Below, in pieces: positions 48,388 through 59,461 of a DNA stretch of 64,000 bases (the stretch's first letter is position 1; each line of letters starts with the position of its first letter). Below the pieces are notes generated by a model that saw nothing but the letters and a program-made list of their open reading frames with translations, was not told the DNA's origin and made no database searches. Location of the stretch: positions 1 through 64,000 of the forward strand of contig CBDBFU010000029.1 in the NCBI GenBank assembly GCA_965205025.1. The letters are read 5' to 3'. Origin of the DNA: Candidatus Poribacteria bacterium (GTDB taxonomy: Bacteria; Poribacteria; WGA-4E; WGA-3G). A program made the position numbers and the translations under genes.

Positions 48388-49230
48388 TTGAAACAGATTT
48401 TAACATCTCTCATCATATATTCCTTTCTACTTTGCACCTACAATTCACAGGCGGAAGTTTCTCCTCTTGCTCTTGCTGACCATTATGCCAAATTGAACAA
48501 TTATGATGCTGCAATCACAGAGTTCAAACGGTTTCTCTTTTTTCATCCAGATGATGATAAAGTTCCTGCAATTTATCATCGTATAGGTATTCTTCATCGA
48601 AATCAAGGACTACTAACAGAAGCAATTGATTCAATCAGACAAGCTGTAATCCGTACTTCAGATAAAGACCAAAAGTCTGAGTACCAAATAGATCTTGGGG
48701 TAACCCTTATAGCTAATAAGAATTATGATCTTGCTCGTTTAGAATTAATTAAGGTGTTATTTCGTAATCCATCTGAAGCATTGTATAAACGTGCACTCCT
48801 TTTTCAAGGGGTAACTTACATTTATCAATTCCGATGGGAAGAAGCACAAGAAGCATTTAAAAATTACACACAAGATGAACAACTTGACGAATTTTTCCTG
48901 AAAACAGATAATCTTCCCTATAAATCCAAGTTAGTTGCTAAAATTCTATCTGGAATTCTTCCGGGGAGTGGACAAATCTATGCTGGAAATTGGAAGAGTG
49001 GGTTAAATGCCCTTGCTCTTAATAGTGCACTTGGATATGTAACTGTTGATAGCATTTTAGATCAGAATTATGTAGATGCTATCTTGTGGACATATTTCAT
49101 CTTCCAACGGTATTATAAAGGGAATTTATATCGAGCAGGTAGAGCAGTGGATGAATATAATGGTGAAGTGAATCGTAGTTATGCTGATAGTATCCTGACC
49201 CGACTTCAAGAGATTACAACCTCACATTGA
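48388..49230 (+). CDS. TPR protein with C-terminal membrane domain (paralogue of 46527..47411)
   Basis: LADHY...YDAAITEFKRFLFF; KSKLVAKILSGILPGSGQIYAG. Confidence 0.8.
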   Translation: MKQILTSLIIYSFLLCTYNSQAEVSPLALADHYAKLNNYDAAITEFKRFLFFHPDDDKVPAIYHRIGILHRNQGLLTEAIDSIRQAVIRTSDKDQKSEYQIDLGVTLIANKNYDLARLELIKVLFRNPSEALYKRALLFQGVTYIYQFRWEEAQEAFKNYTQDEQLDEFFLKTDNLPYKSKLVAKILSGILPGSGQIYAGNWKSGLNALALNSALGYVTVDSILDQNYVDAILWTYFIFQRYYKGNLYRAGRAVDEYNGEVNRSYADSILTRLQEITTSH

Positions 49231-49237
49231 CCTATAT

Positions 49238-51118
49238 TCATGATTTCTTCTGAATATAGGAGACAACACCGAGGATTCCCAGTCCAAGAATAAACATCCA
49301 AATCACATTTGTAAATGCGAGGAACGTCGATAGAGCCAATAGAATTGTTTCATACCAGTGTGTTTTCCGTATGAAGTATCCCATCGTCAGTATTGAGAAT
49401 ATAATTGTACCAACTAATGCAGTCGCAACAGAGAATGTATTTTGTATGAGTGTACCTTCTAAAAGTATGTGTGTATAGGCAAAAAGAAGCGGCATTATAT
49501 ACAACATTTTTGCGAACTTAAAACATGCCCATCCAGTTTTCCACGGGTCTGCCCGTGCTATTGCAGCACCAGCATACGCCCCTAATGCAACAGGTGGGGT
49601 AATATTTGAATCTTGACTCAGCCAAAAAATAATTAGGTGTGCGACAATAACGGAAATCCCTATCTCTGTGAGTATTGGAACTGCTAACTGGGATGTAATC
49701 AAATAAGCAGCGGTGACCGGAATTCCCATTCCTAAGACTAAGGATGCTGCCCCGAGCAGTAATATTGCGATTGCCCGGTTATTTCCTGCTACGGAGAGAA
49801 TCAATTCTGGGAACATACCACCCAATCCTGTTAAGTCAATAACAGCAACAATAATGCCTATTGTTCCAACTGCTCCACCAATGGCAAGTGAGTTTTTCGC
49901 TCCTGTCACCATTGCTTCCCATATACGTTTAGGGGTTAATCGGGTTTCAGTTCGGAAGTAGCTTACTATTATTGTAACAAGTATTGAGAAGAAAGCTGAC
50001 TTATATGCTGAATACCCCTGCATAAGAGAAAGAATAAGGGTTATCAATGGTAATAAGTAAAACCATCCGGTCTTTAGGAGTGTTGTGAATTTTGGGATTT
50101 CATCTTCTGGAATAGGTTGAAGACCTTGTTTTTTTGCCTCAAAATGTACCATCACCCATACAGATAAAAAATAGAGTACTGCTGGCACAATAGAAATGAG
50201 AGCGATTTTGCTATAGGGTAAACCTGTTCTCTCTGCGATCAAGAATGCCCCTGCCCCCATAACGGGAGGTAGAAATTGTCCACCTACAGATGCAGATGCT
50301 TCAACTGCCCCTGCTATATGAGGACGAAATCCTGTCCGTTTCATTAAGGGGATTGTAAATGCACCCGTAGTGACCGTATTTGCAATAGCACTGCCAGCAA
50401 CGGAACCGAAGAATCCAGAGGTGACAACCGACACCTTCGCTGCACCACCAATTGACCTGCCTGTTAGGGACATAGGTAGGTCTATGAAGAACTGTCCTAC
50501 ACCAGATTTTTCTAAGAATGCACCGAAAAAGATAAAAAGAACAACATAGGTTGCCATGACCTTTGCCATGATGCCAAAAATCCCATCTTGACCAAAGAAG
50601 CAGTGTTCAATAATTCGACGAGGCGTAAATCCTTGGTGGGAAATTACTTCTGGCATATATCGACCAAAAAGTGCATATAGAATACCAACTGCGGCAATTA
50701 TCGGTAATCCCCAGCCTACTGTACGTCGACTTACCTCTATACTTATAATGAGTCCAATTGCACCCATCACAATATCTAAGGATGTATATTCGCCAGCACG
50801 ATATGCGATATTTGTGTAATCTATTATCCAATACCCAATTGAACAGATGCTCAATATCATGAGTATGGTGTCAAAAATCGATGGTCGTGAGGAGGGTGAT
50901 TTTGAGGAGACCTTATAGAGTATTCCAATAAGAAAAAATGTGAGGAGAAGATAGAAACCGAGATGATACTGTTCTGAAGCGGAACCAAAACCTGCGCTAT
51001 AAATATAGAAACCAACGAAAAAGACAGCAATGACTTCATAAATCCATTTTGAAACACCTTGTAATTCGTTTCTATGTGCTTCAAAACCTATTAACTCTTT
51101 TGATTCTGTTTGTTCCAT
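49238..51118 (-). CDS. TRAP transporter fused 4TM/12TM permease
   Basis: GGAAKVSVV, GSAIANTVTTG, EASASVGGQFLPPVMGAGAF, LGMGIPVTAAY and SNITPPV motifs. Confidence 0.92.
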   Translation of the reverse strand: MEQTESKELIGFEAHRNELQGVSKWIYEVIAVFFVGFYIYSAGFGSASEQYHLGFYLLLTFFLIGILYKVSSKSPSSRPSIFDTILMILSICSIGYWIIDYTNIAYRAGEYTSLDIVMGAIGLIISIEVSRRTVGWGLPIIAAVGILYALFGRYMPEVISHQGFTPRRIIEHCFFGQDGIFGIMAKVMATYVVLFIFFGAFLEKSGVGQFFIDLPMSLTGRSIGGAAKVSVVTSGFFGSVAGSAIANTVTTGAFTIPLMKRTGFRPHIAGAVEASASVGGQFLPPVMGAGAFLIAERTGLPYSKIALISIVPAVLYFLSVWVMVHFEAKKQGLQPIPEDEIPKFTTLLKTGWFYLLPLITLILSLMQGYSAYKSAFFSILVTIIVSYFRTETRLTPKRIWEAMVTGAKNSLAIGGAVGTIGIIVAVIDLTGLGGMFPELILSVAGNNRAIAILLLGAASLVLGMGIPVTAAYLITSQLAVPILTEIGISVIVAHLIIFWLSQDSNITPPVALGAYAGAAIARADPWKTGWACFKFAKMLYIMPLLFAYTHILLEGTLIQNTFSVATALVGTIIFSILTMGYFIRKTHWYETILLALSTFLAFTNVIWMFILGLGILGVVSYIQKKS

Positions 51119-51702
51119 TAGATTAACTTTCAGATATAGCACAAAAAGATTATACTTGACTTTTAGATCAGGGGAATATCATCCGGCATAATAAACCCCC
51201 AACTTAGGAGACTACCTTGTGTTAACATCTTATCAAATCTACTATGTACTTTCAAATACTTCTTTTCAAATTTCAGAAACTAACCACACATCCGGTAGAA
51301 ACACTGTTTTTGCTCTAACTTTCCAAAGTTTGTCAGATTTTGGATTTGATAGAATACTCATTCATAGTGCTACGACAAACGCATCAAACCTATAAAGAAC
51401 TGTAAAGTAAATTATACATTTCACTATAAATTTCCCAAAATTATATTATATCTCAATTTATTTTCATTTTTTTCTTGCTTTTTTTTTTTAAAACTTGGTA
51501 AAATAGTTACATTAAGACATTTATGTTTTACAAGTTATTATAATATATTCTTAATATGACTGATTTGTGAGACAAATTCGATAATACAATGAGTAACAAT
51601 TTTATTGTTGATAATGAACCTATCAATTGTGTCGAATTTTAAGCTAAAATGATAATTCATCAAAAATGACAAATTATGTGAATTTTTGATGGATATATGT
51701 AT

Positions 51703-51758
51703 CAATACCTTCACCAAAAATACTTGAAATAAATCCAGGATAATTGGTGAAGGTATTG
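51703..51758. mobile_element. 56-bp mini-MITE (TIR CAATACCTTCACCAA)
   Basis: Perfect 15-bp TIR. The right 28 bp nearly match the IS remnant end at 23021-23048. Confidence 0.7.
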
Positions 51759-51778
51759 TCAAAGTTTATGTTATTTTC

Positions 51779-52533
51779 ATGCTGAATAAAACAGGTAATC
51801 CAAAATCAAATATTTATTAGGCTTAACTTTTATTTACATAGTATTGATTATAGGATGCTATTTTTGGTATCAGTGGCATGTTCAGTCTTTTCGTGAATCA
51901 ATTATTGATGACAATGTTAATTCAAAAAAGACTATCAATAATCAACATGATCCCGATAAACCTGCCCAAAATACATCCGATAAAATTAATACTATATCAA
52001 ATGATCAATCTATGACTGTAATTGAATCCATAGATAAAATCGATATTACCACAGAATATCAAGCTGAAAATAAAACTGAACTGCTAAATCAACCCCAAGC
52101 CCACCCTGAAAACAACATTGAAACTGAACCCGTTTCACCGTTCGGATTTGGGCATTATCCAAAAGTGCCAGATGGATACCCATATCAAAATCCATGGATC
52201 ACTAACGGACTAACAGAAAATGAGGCAAAAATATCTGAACTGCTTGAACGTGTCCGAATAAAACTATGGAATCAAGGTGAACCTCCAGAAGGAATATCTT
52301 GGGAAAACGGCAAAGTTTATCCGATTTATCCAAATACAATATATGTATCCTGGGACTATTCCGAAAATGAAGATGGTGTTTTAGAAAAATATCCGGGAGA
52401 AATTATTTCTGGTACAATGTCTGATGAAGCAGATATGCTTTTAGATGAAGGCGTAATACCTGATGGTATTACCGTATATGAAATGAGCGAGGCAGGTATA
52501 GATCCCTATACCTTTCTCAATTTAAATAAATGA
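51779..52533 (+). CDS. Membrane-anchored hypothetical protein (probable 1-bp deletion near 51797)
   Basis: ATG 51779 (MLNKTG) joins SKIKYLLGLTFIYIVLIIGCYFWY if one base is added. Low-complexity linker, then PVSPFGFGHYPKVP...GIDPYTFL. Confidence 0.6.
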
Positions 52534-52541
52534 GGTGAAAA

Positions 52542-52940
52542 ATGAGATTTATCGTAAGTCTTACTATCTGTGTCATGTTGTTAATGCCAATAGGCAATCA
52601 TTTAGATTCAGCAATAAATCGAGACGGAAAATTAACCGCACACGCAACCGCTAAAAAATCTAAAAGAGATAATCGTCTTAGATGTCTAACTAAATCAATA
52701 AGTGATGACATCAGAATTATTAACGGTTGGTGGGGTATGACAATCCAAATTGACGATAAAACCTGGGATAGACCTACTGGAAGCGAAAGCCCACAGTATA
52801 AAGGGAAAATAAATAGACGAATGTATAAACGCGAAAGAACCCATAAGGATAAAGGATATGCATGGGCATATATCAGTGGTGTTCATACAAGCGGTAAAGG
52901 ATTTTATGCAGGCGCCTATGACGATGATATAACAAAGTGA
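52542..52940 (+). CDS. Small secreted basic hypothetical protein
   Basis: GAGGTG RBS, signal peptide, K/R-rich beta-type mature part. Confidence 0.7.
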   Translation: MRFIVSLTICVMLLMPIGNHLDSAINRDGKLTAHATAKKSKRDNRLRCLTKSISDDIRIINGWWGMTIQIDDKTWDRPTGSESPQYKGKINRRMYKRERTHKDKGYAWAYISGVHTSGKGFYAGAYDDDITK

Positions 52941-53062
52941 AGGGTATGTAAAGTTCATGGCATTAAAGCATTGGAAGGTATGTACTTTGACTCACGATAC
53001 GTATGTAGTTAAGATCGTGGATCGGAATTTCCTCACACAGAAGAGTTTAATCATTAATTGGT

Positions 53063-54463
53063 TTAGAAATTGGTGCTGACACCAACCATGAATGTAGTCT
53101 TATGTATTGGTTCAAACTCAGAGATTCCATCATCCGTTACAACGCGTCTGAACCGATATTCATTAACAACGATAGTTTCAACTGGGGGGAAAATGGCATA
53201 GCGGATCTCAAGATTAAGGGCAGATTTCTCATCTAAATCAAAGAGATCTTGAAAAAAGTTGTTGTTGCTATCCTGTCCAATATTTCTCTTGGTGTAATAG
53301 GCGCGGAAGCCGAGACGTGGTATCAATCCAGATTCTGAAACTCCTAAATATATCTTTGAGGTGTCATTATTATAATTTTCAAATGCGGTTAAGAAATAGA
53401 GTTGTTTCAGTGGATGCCAAATGAGTTGTGTGAAGAAACCGTGCCTTGCTTCAATATCCTTTTCTAACCCCCAAAATACAGGCATTCCAGTTTCATAAGT
53501 ATAGTCAAATACACCTGGTATATATCCATCACTAAAAGTACGATACTCAATCTTGAAAAGTGCTTTTGTATGAGCGAACCCGAAACCGACAGCATTACCC
53601 CATGCCAATTCTAATGTAGATAAATCATTGTCCATATCGGATTTTGATGTTTGTTCTTCCTGTACCTCTGTTTCAACTGCTTCTATATCAAGATTCTGTG
53701 GATTTGGTGGTGGATTTAGAACAGCATAGTCATTGTATAGATCTAATCTAAATGTACTTGATTCATAAATTGGGAATCCGATATCTGCTCCTACTGCGTT
53801 AAGGGGTTGTTCATTTTCTTGAGATGAATCAGGGTCAATATCAGTAAGATATGTTGCACCCAGTTCGAAGCGTGTTAGGAGATTGTTGTTTTCAGTCTGT
53901 AGTATTGGTCTCACAAAACCCCGTCCACCGAAGATTGTAGGATTACCGAGATCATTAACCATCGTTTCAATGCCATACCTACTATCTGATTCTCTCAAAT
54001 TCAGGTGTAATCCACGACGATCATGATTAGCGTATCCGGACATAATTGATCCATGTCCGATTGTTAAATAATCAAATTCTCCTAAGCGAAAATAGAATGG
54101 GTCGTAAGGACCGGCATAACTGATATACCGTATCAATCGTAGCCATGTGCTCGGACTATCCCACTTCTCCCCATCTTCAGCAAGGAATTGGTCTTCGCCA
54201 CTTTCAGCATAAGGATTGTAAAGTAGGACAAGGTCAAAACCTAACCCAACTTTACCTAACGGAATTTCAGGTTGTAGTTGAAGACGGACATAAGCATCGC
54301 CATTAATGAAAGTTAATCCACCTCCATAGAATCCACTTGTTAAGAAATTTTGTTCAGCATAAGGTGTTAAACGATCTTGTGCTGAAATCGACTGACTTAA
54401 GGATAAAATTGAGATAAATAAAATGGCAACTATAGTTATGAAACGGGAAAACCTATTATCAAT
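53063..54463 (-). CDS. Probable outer-membrane beta-barrel protein; true 5' end extends beyond the called ORF
   Basis: The frame is open upstream of 54136 to a signal peptide IDNRFSRFITIVAILFISILSLSQSISA-QD. Amphipathic strands and C-terminal Phe (MVGVSTNF). Confidence 0.68.
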   Translation of the reverse strand: MDNRFSRFITIVAILFISILSLSQSISAQDRLTPYAEQNFLTSGFYGGGLTFINGDAYVRLQLQPEIPLGKVGLGFDLVLLYNPYAESGEDQFLAEDGEKWDSPSTWLRLIRYISYAGPYDPFYFRLGEFDYLTIGHGSIMSGYANHDRRGLHLNLRESDSRYGIETMVNDLGNPTIFGGRGFVRPILQTENNNLLTRFELGATYLTDIDPDSSQENEQPLNAVGADIGFPIYESSTFRLDLYNDYAVLNPPPNPQNLDIEAVETEVQEEQTSKSDMDNDLSTLELAWGNAVGFGFAHTKALFKIEYRTFSDGYIPGVFDYTYETGMPVFWGLEKDIEARHGFFTQLIWHPLKQLYFLTAFENYNNDTSKIYLGVSESGLIPRLGFRAYYTKRNIGQDSNNNFFQDLFDLDEKSALNLEIRYAIFPPVETIVVNEYRFRRVVTDDGISEFEPIHKTTFMVGVSTNF

Positions 54464-54465
54464 AT

Positions 54466-55140
54466 TTAAGATGCAATTATCCTCCCATCTTTCATTTGTA
54501 TCACTCTATCAGCGTTTTCTTTTAACCCTTCATGGTGGGTTACGATTGCTATAGTTGTTTGTTGTTCTTGTCGTATTTCCTGTATTAGGTTCATCATGTT
54601 ATCGCTTTGACGACTGTCTAAATTTGCTGTTGGCTCATCAGCGAATATAATTTTCGGTTGGTTGGCAAGTGCTCGTGCAAAAGAGACACGTTGTTTTTCA
54701 CCACCCGACATTTGGGCAGGTCGATGATGGAGACGTTCACTTAATCCTACCCGTGTGAGTAATTCTATTGAGCGTTTTTCTGATTCAGTACGGCTTGTTT
54801 TTGTTATGTCCATAGCAACCATTACATTTTCAAGTGCTGTTAGGTAAGGTAATAGATGAAACAATTGAAAAACAAACCCTATTTTTTCCCGCCGGATCAC
54901 ACTCAAGTCTTGATTTTCTGGATCAATCACTTCACCGTCAATTCGTAACTCCCCAGAATCCGGTGTTAGAATACATCCAAGGAGACTAATCAGTGTAGTT
55001 TTACCACACCCACTGTCTCCCATGATCATTACTAATTCGCCTTCTTCTATTTGGATATCAACAGAATTAATTGCATCAACAGCGGCATCTCCAATACCAA
55101 ATTGTTTATTTAATCCAATTCCTTCTATAATAGTAGCCAT
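54466..55140 (-). CDS. ABC transporter ATP-binding protein (LolD/MacB-type)
   Basis: GDSGCGKT, IGFVFQ, MSGGEKQRV and ADEPTANLD motifs. Confidence 0.94.
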   Translation of the reverse strand: MATIIEGIGLNKQFGIGDAAVDAINSVDIQIEEGELVMIMGDSGCGKTTLISLLGCILTPDSGELRIDGEVIDPENQDLSVIRREKIGFVFQLFHLLPYLTALENVMVAMDITKTSRTESEKRSIELLTRVGLSERLHHRPAQMSGGEKQRVSFARALANQPKIIFADEPTANLDSRQSDNMMNLIQEIRQEQQTTIAIVTHHEGLKENADRVIQMKDGRIIAS

Positions 55141-55162
55141 AATTAATTCCTTATTCTATGCA

Positions 55163-56359
55163 TCATGCATCAGAAAGTGCGAATGTTTGTACTTGAGGTG
55201 TATAACCCATATCAATTTCGCCACGAAATGCAATCATTGGATCAACACCAATCGCCCTACGTGCCGCAAGATAACCGCTACCACAGCAAACAATTATACT
55301 AATGACGGCAACAATGATTGACTCAGTAAAGTTTATTGCAACAAATATCGGAGCTGCTGCAGCGAAAATATATGAAAGGCAAAATCCTAATGAAACCCCG
55401 ATAACTGAGATAATGGCTACCTGCTTGAGCAATAGTGACATTACGTATTGGTTAGACCCGCCTATAGCTTTTAAGACACCGATTTCTTGTGTCTTCTCAA
55501 GCATTGTTACATAGGTAATCATACCTATCAATAAGCCGGAAGCAATCCACAACATAACTCGTAGGAATTGTACCGCTTTCATCGGTTCGTCAACATAATA
55601 TCCAATAATATCATCAAGTGTTTGTTTTACAGTCCGTGCTTCAATAGCATCTGAAGCATCTAAATTAGCCGAAATTGTAGCAGCTTGATTGGTTTTTCCA
55701 GGAATTACACTTGGTTTTGATTTAGCAATCATCATGTTAACACGAGGATAGTTCCCAAGAAGAACTTTTTGTGCGACCCGAATATCCATAAAAAGCAAGG
55801 GTGTATCTAATACAAACATAAGACTCTTTGTTTTCCCAACGACTCTCAGAGTGTCTGTACCTATAGTAATTTGCTCTCCAATTTGAATCCCCATTTTTTC
55901 ATCAACAATAACTTCATCAGGCACAGGATCTTCTGGTCGGTAGTCTTCAAATTTACTTGATTGGAACATTTTTCCTTCAATTACCCCGGTTGGACCACCA
56001 AGTTTGTCTGCCATATATCCAACAATAATTGCTTTAGTAGACTTCCCTCGTATCAAAGGACGCGCTTGTGCAAAAATCAATGGAGATACAGATCCTTTTT
56101 CTAAGTCTTGTGAAGCATTCAATGGTGCCATATTTTCTTCTATAAGTAGTGAAAATCCTATGAATGCCCCGCCCGATCCTTCTGCAGAAATCCAGATGTC
56201 TGCGCCAGTTGATTTCACGTACTGTTGTGCTTGAATACGCATACCGTGCATAATACCTCCAAGCAAAAGGATGAGTGAAACCAACACGGTTATACCTACA
56301 GATGTAAGTATCACACGTGTGCGCCGGTATCGCATATCTTTGAGGAATAGTGTATTCAT
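55163..56359 (-). CDS. FtsX/MacB-type ABC permease
   Basis: N-terminal TM, periplasmic domain, EKTQEIGVLKAIGG and VDPMIAFR motifs. Confidence 0.9.
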   Translation of the reverse strand: MNTLFLKDMRYRRTRVILTSVGITVLVSLILLLGGIMHGMRIQAQQYVKSTGADIWISAEGSGGAFIGFSLLIEENMAPLNASQDLEKGSVSPLIFAQARPLIRGKSTKAIIVGYMADKLGGPTGVIEGKMFQSSKFEDYRPEDPVPDEVIVDEKMGIQIGEQITIGTDTLRVVGKTKSLMFVLDTPLLFMDIRVAQKVLLGNYPRVNMMIAKSKPSVIPGKTNQAATISANLDASDAIEARTVKQTLDDIIGYYVDEPMKAVQFLRVMLWIASGLLIGMITYVTMLEKTQEIGVLKAIGGSNQYVMSLLLKQVAIISVIGVSLGFCLSYIFAAAAPIFVAINFTESIIVAVISIIVCCGSGYLAARRAIGVDPMIAFRGEIDMGYTPQVQTFALSDA

Positions 56360-56372
56360 TTATCTACCTTTA

Positions 56373-57266
56373 TTATGAGGATAGTCTTTCTGGCATAATT
56401 TGTCTTTTACGTCTATGGAGTTGGACATGGTCATTGTATGTTCCGAAATCTGCATCTGTACCGGATTCTCGGTCTAAGAAAAGAGGAAATTCGGATGCAG
56501 GAGGTTTTGCATTATGGTATGCGTGGTTATAACTCCGCATAATGATGCGTTGTTCACGGTTAAGGGTATCTAACCATTCAGGTGATGAATGAAACCGATC
56601 AGCCGGTGTTACCCAGGATGGACAATATGCAACAAAGATGTTGTAACGAACAACATCACTTTCGTTAGTCTCAACACGGTGCCATATACTGGAATGCATA
56701 ACCGTCATTGTTCCTTTTTGTAAGCAGACAATTTTTTCTCTGGGAATACTCTCATGGGTGTCGTATTCATCCATATATTGGTGACGATGACTACCGGGTA
56801 ATACTACAAGATTTCCCATTTTTTCTTCTGGTAGGTCTGTTAACCAATAACCTATTTTGATTTGTAAGGGTAATTGTGGTGAGAATACTCCGTAAGGAAG
56901 TGCACGCGCTCCATCTGGGTGCCATTGGTTATACTGTTTGCCTCCGGGTGGACGAAGAAAGAATTGACTCTGATGTAATTTGAGTAGTTCTCCAAACAGG
57001 TCGTAGGCATACCCAACATGTCGTTCATGGTCAATTAAATTTGAAAAAACTGGATCACGTTCGACTATATTTTCAAGATGGAGATATCCACCAGGGGTGT
57101 ATTTTGGATTGTTTGCTGCTGTTCTATCTATTGCATCCTTATACATCTGGATATCTGTTTCAGGAATGGCGTTTTCAATGAAGATGATACCGTCTTCATT
57201 AAATGTTTCCCACTGCTGAGGTGTGAATCCTGGTGGTGCGATGCGATATTTCTCTTGCTTATCCAT
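56373..57266 (-). CDS. Phytanoyl-CoA dioxygenase (PhyH) family Fe(II)/2OG enzyme
   Basis: WHPD, LTD, GNLVVLPGSH and IWH facial-triad motifs. Confidence 0.88.
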   Translation of the reverse strand: MDKQEKYRIAPPGFTPQQWETFNEDGIIFIENAIPETDIQMYKDAIDRTAANNPKYTPGGYLHLENIVERDPVFSNLIDHERHVGYAYDLFGELLKLHQSQFFLRPPGGKQYNQWHPDGARALPYGVFSPQLPLQIKIGYWLTDLPEEKMGNLVVLPGSHRHQYMDEYDTHESIPREKIVCLQKGTMTVMHSSIWHRVETNESDVVRYNIFVAYCPSWVTPADRFHSSPEWLDTLNREQRIIMRSYNHAYHNAKPPASEFPLFLDRESGTDADFGTYNDHVQLHRRKRQIMPERLSS

Positions 57267-58000
57267 TGTATTTCTCCAGATTGGTTTTATTCTGGTTCTA
57301 CTTCTGAATGTTTACAAATTCTCAATTGAACATTTATATAATCACAATTCAAGGATCAATATTTGAATGAAATCACATTAGGCATGCTTCTGAAAATTGG
57401 AGAAAACAAATTTCCTAAGATCGAACTACAAGATAGCATACTTACTCTTCACTCCAACACTGAATTCGGTGAACATAGTTATTACCTATAACCGGCAAGT
57501 AGTTCTCATTCAACCAAAAACAGATTATCCGCATCCAGATTGTAATTATTCACGAAACTAAATCTATGCAATCACATAATATCTTTGCTGTTTTCGTTGA
57601 ATAAAATAAACACATTATGAAGCTGAATAAACCAGTTATGGTGAATTTCTCAATTGACGGTTATAGGTTAAACTTATGATTTAGATAGATTCAACAGTAG
57701 ATAGTGGTAACATAATGCAAATACCATACCATACTAACTATTTAACAAGGATATTATGGATTGAAACACTAAGGCATTCGTCAAAATCAATCAAGAATTA
57801 ATAGCAATATCTATGCCAGTCTAACTGTTATTGCCATAGCCATATTCTAAACAATATGTTCATATCTAACTGCCCTAATTGGTGCAGTATATCAACAGAA
57901 TTGCACATCATAGGGCAGAGTCGTAATCGATTCAATAAACTATTACCAGTTTACCTTTATCCAGTAAATAACTCTATGTAGAAAATAATATGAGTGCATA

Positions 58001-59398
58001 TTATGGACTATTATTCTCCAAAATATCTACTAAGTGAGGGTGTATTTCTACATCATACGGTTCAGAAATTATCAAACCTTTATGAGTTTCACGGAGTCTT
58101 GAGAGACCATTATTTGTCTGTTCTTGGATTTCTTTCAGATGTGGGAAATTATATACCAATTCTCCATCCTTGACAATTGGTATTAAGAGTGGTTGACCAT
58201 CAGAAATAGGTTCATCCCACAATGCTATACTGTCTTTACTATAATAACCATCCGTGTCAACATATCTATAGACTTGCTTTCTCCCAGGAAGAGTTGCTTT
58301 ATCGGGTTCATCCAACGATAACTTGCCAACCAGAACTCCATCCTTTTCAACTAATTTATACACACCACCGAGAGCAGCCACACCTCCTTTATGGACTTCG
58401 GATGTGTCACCTGTTGCGAGCCGTGTGCCGACACCAAAACCATCTATTGGTGCACCAGCCTGGAGTAGTGATTGGATGTGATATTCATCGAGTTCATGAC
58501 TTACTATAATCTGGACATAATTCAATCCCTCACTGTCAAGTATACTCCGTACTTTTCTACTGAGTGATAATAAATCCCCGCTATCTAATCTTACTGAGCG
58601 TAATTTTGCCCCTTTAGCTTCCATCTCATGTGCAACGATACAAGCATTTTTAGCACCTTCAATTGTATCATAGGTATCAATTAGGAATGTAGTATTATCA
58701 GGAAATACATTCGCATATTCTTTAAATGCTTCGATTTCGGTCTTGCGTTCCATGACGAATTTATGTGCCATTGTACCGACAAAAGGTATGTCAAAATAAC
58801 GACCTGCCTGAACAAGAGATGTACCGCTTACTCCACCGATGTAAGAAGCACGTGCAGCTAAAATACCCGCATCCCTACCGTGTGCGCGTCTTGCACCAAA
58901 ATCGTAGACTGGTTTTCCTTGTGCTGCATATACAATACGGGAGGCTTTGGTTGCAATCAACGTCTGGAAATTCATTACACATAGCAAGTATGTTTCAAAT
59001 AGTTGTATATCCCTTGAACGTCCGGTAATGTTAATGATAGGTTCATTTGGGAATACAAGTGTCCCTTCAGGGACAGCATAAACCGATCCTTCAAATCGGA
59101 AATTCTTTAACGATTGAAGGTATTCTTTTCTTAAATTTCCATTTTCTAATAACCAATTGAGAATCTCATCAGAGAATTGAAGGTTCAGAACATAGTGAAT
59201 TGCTTGTTCAAGTCCAGCTGCAATGAGATATTCACCTTGTGGAATCTTTCGGACATAGTAATTGGCAGTAACGGTAGAATTGTTCTTGTTAATAAAATCT
59301 GCTTGCCCCATGGTGAGTTGATAGTAGTCAACAAACAACGCTGTATCTGATTCAGTTAATAATGCTGAAATTGGAGAGAGATAGGGATCGGGTTGCAT
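58001..59398 (-). CDS. pncB: Nicotinate phosphoribosyltransferase
   Basis: DYYQLTM, DFGARRAH, GTMAH, LIDTYDT, VRLDSGD and FGVGT motifs. Confidence 0.94.
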   Translation of the reverse strand: MQPDPYLSPISALLTESDTALFVDYYQLTMGQADFINKNNSTVTANYYVRKIPQGEYLIAAGLEQAIHYVLNLQFSDEILNWLLENGNLRKEYLQSLKNFRFEGSVYAVPEGTLVFPNEPIINITGRSRDIQLFETYLLCVMNFQTLIATKASRIVYAAQGKPVYDFGARRAHGRDAGILAARASYIGGVSGTSLVQAGRYFDIPFVGTMAHKFVMERKTEIEAFKEYANVFPDNTTFLIDTYDTIEGAKNACIVAHEMEAKGAKLRSVRLDSGDLLSLSRKVRSILDSEGLNYVQIIVSHELDEYHIQSLLQAGAPIDGFGVGTRLATGDTSEVHKGGVAALGGVYKLVEKDGVLVGKLSLDEPDKATLPGRKQVYRYVDTDGYYSKDSIALWDEPISDGQPLLIPIVKDGELVYNFPHLKEIQEQTNNGLSRLRETHKGLIISEPYDVEIHPHLVDILENNSP

Positions 59399-59461
59399 AG
59401 GAATGGTTTGTGGTGGAGAAAAAATCCACTATGGGTCAGTTATTGGTTATATATAGTCTGA

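Noticed and set aside
57330-58000. 670-bp AT-rich gap as a possible ncRNA or riboswitch
   Set aside because: I could not identify a convincing structure, known motif or ORF by eye.
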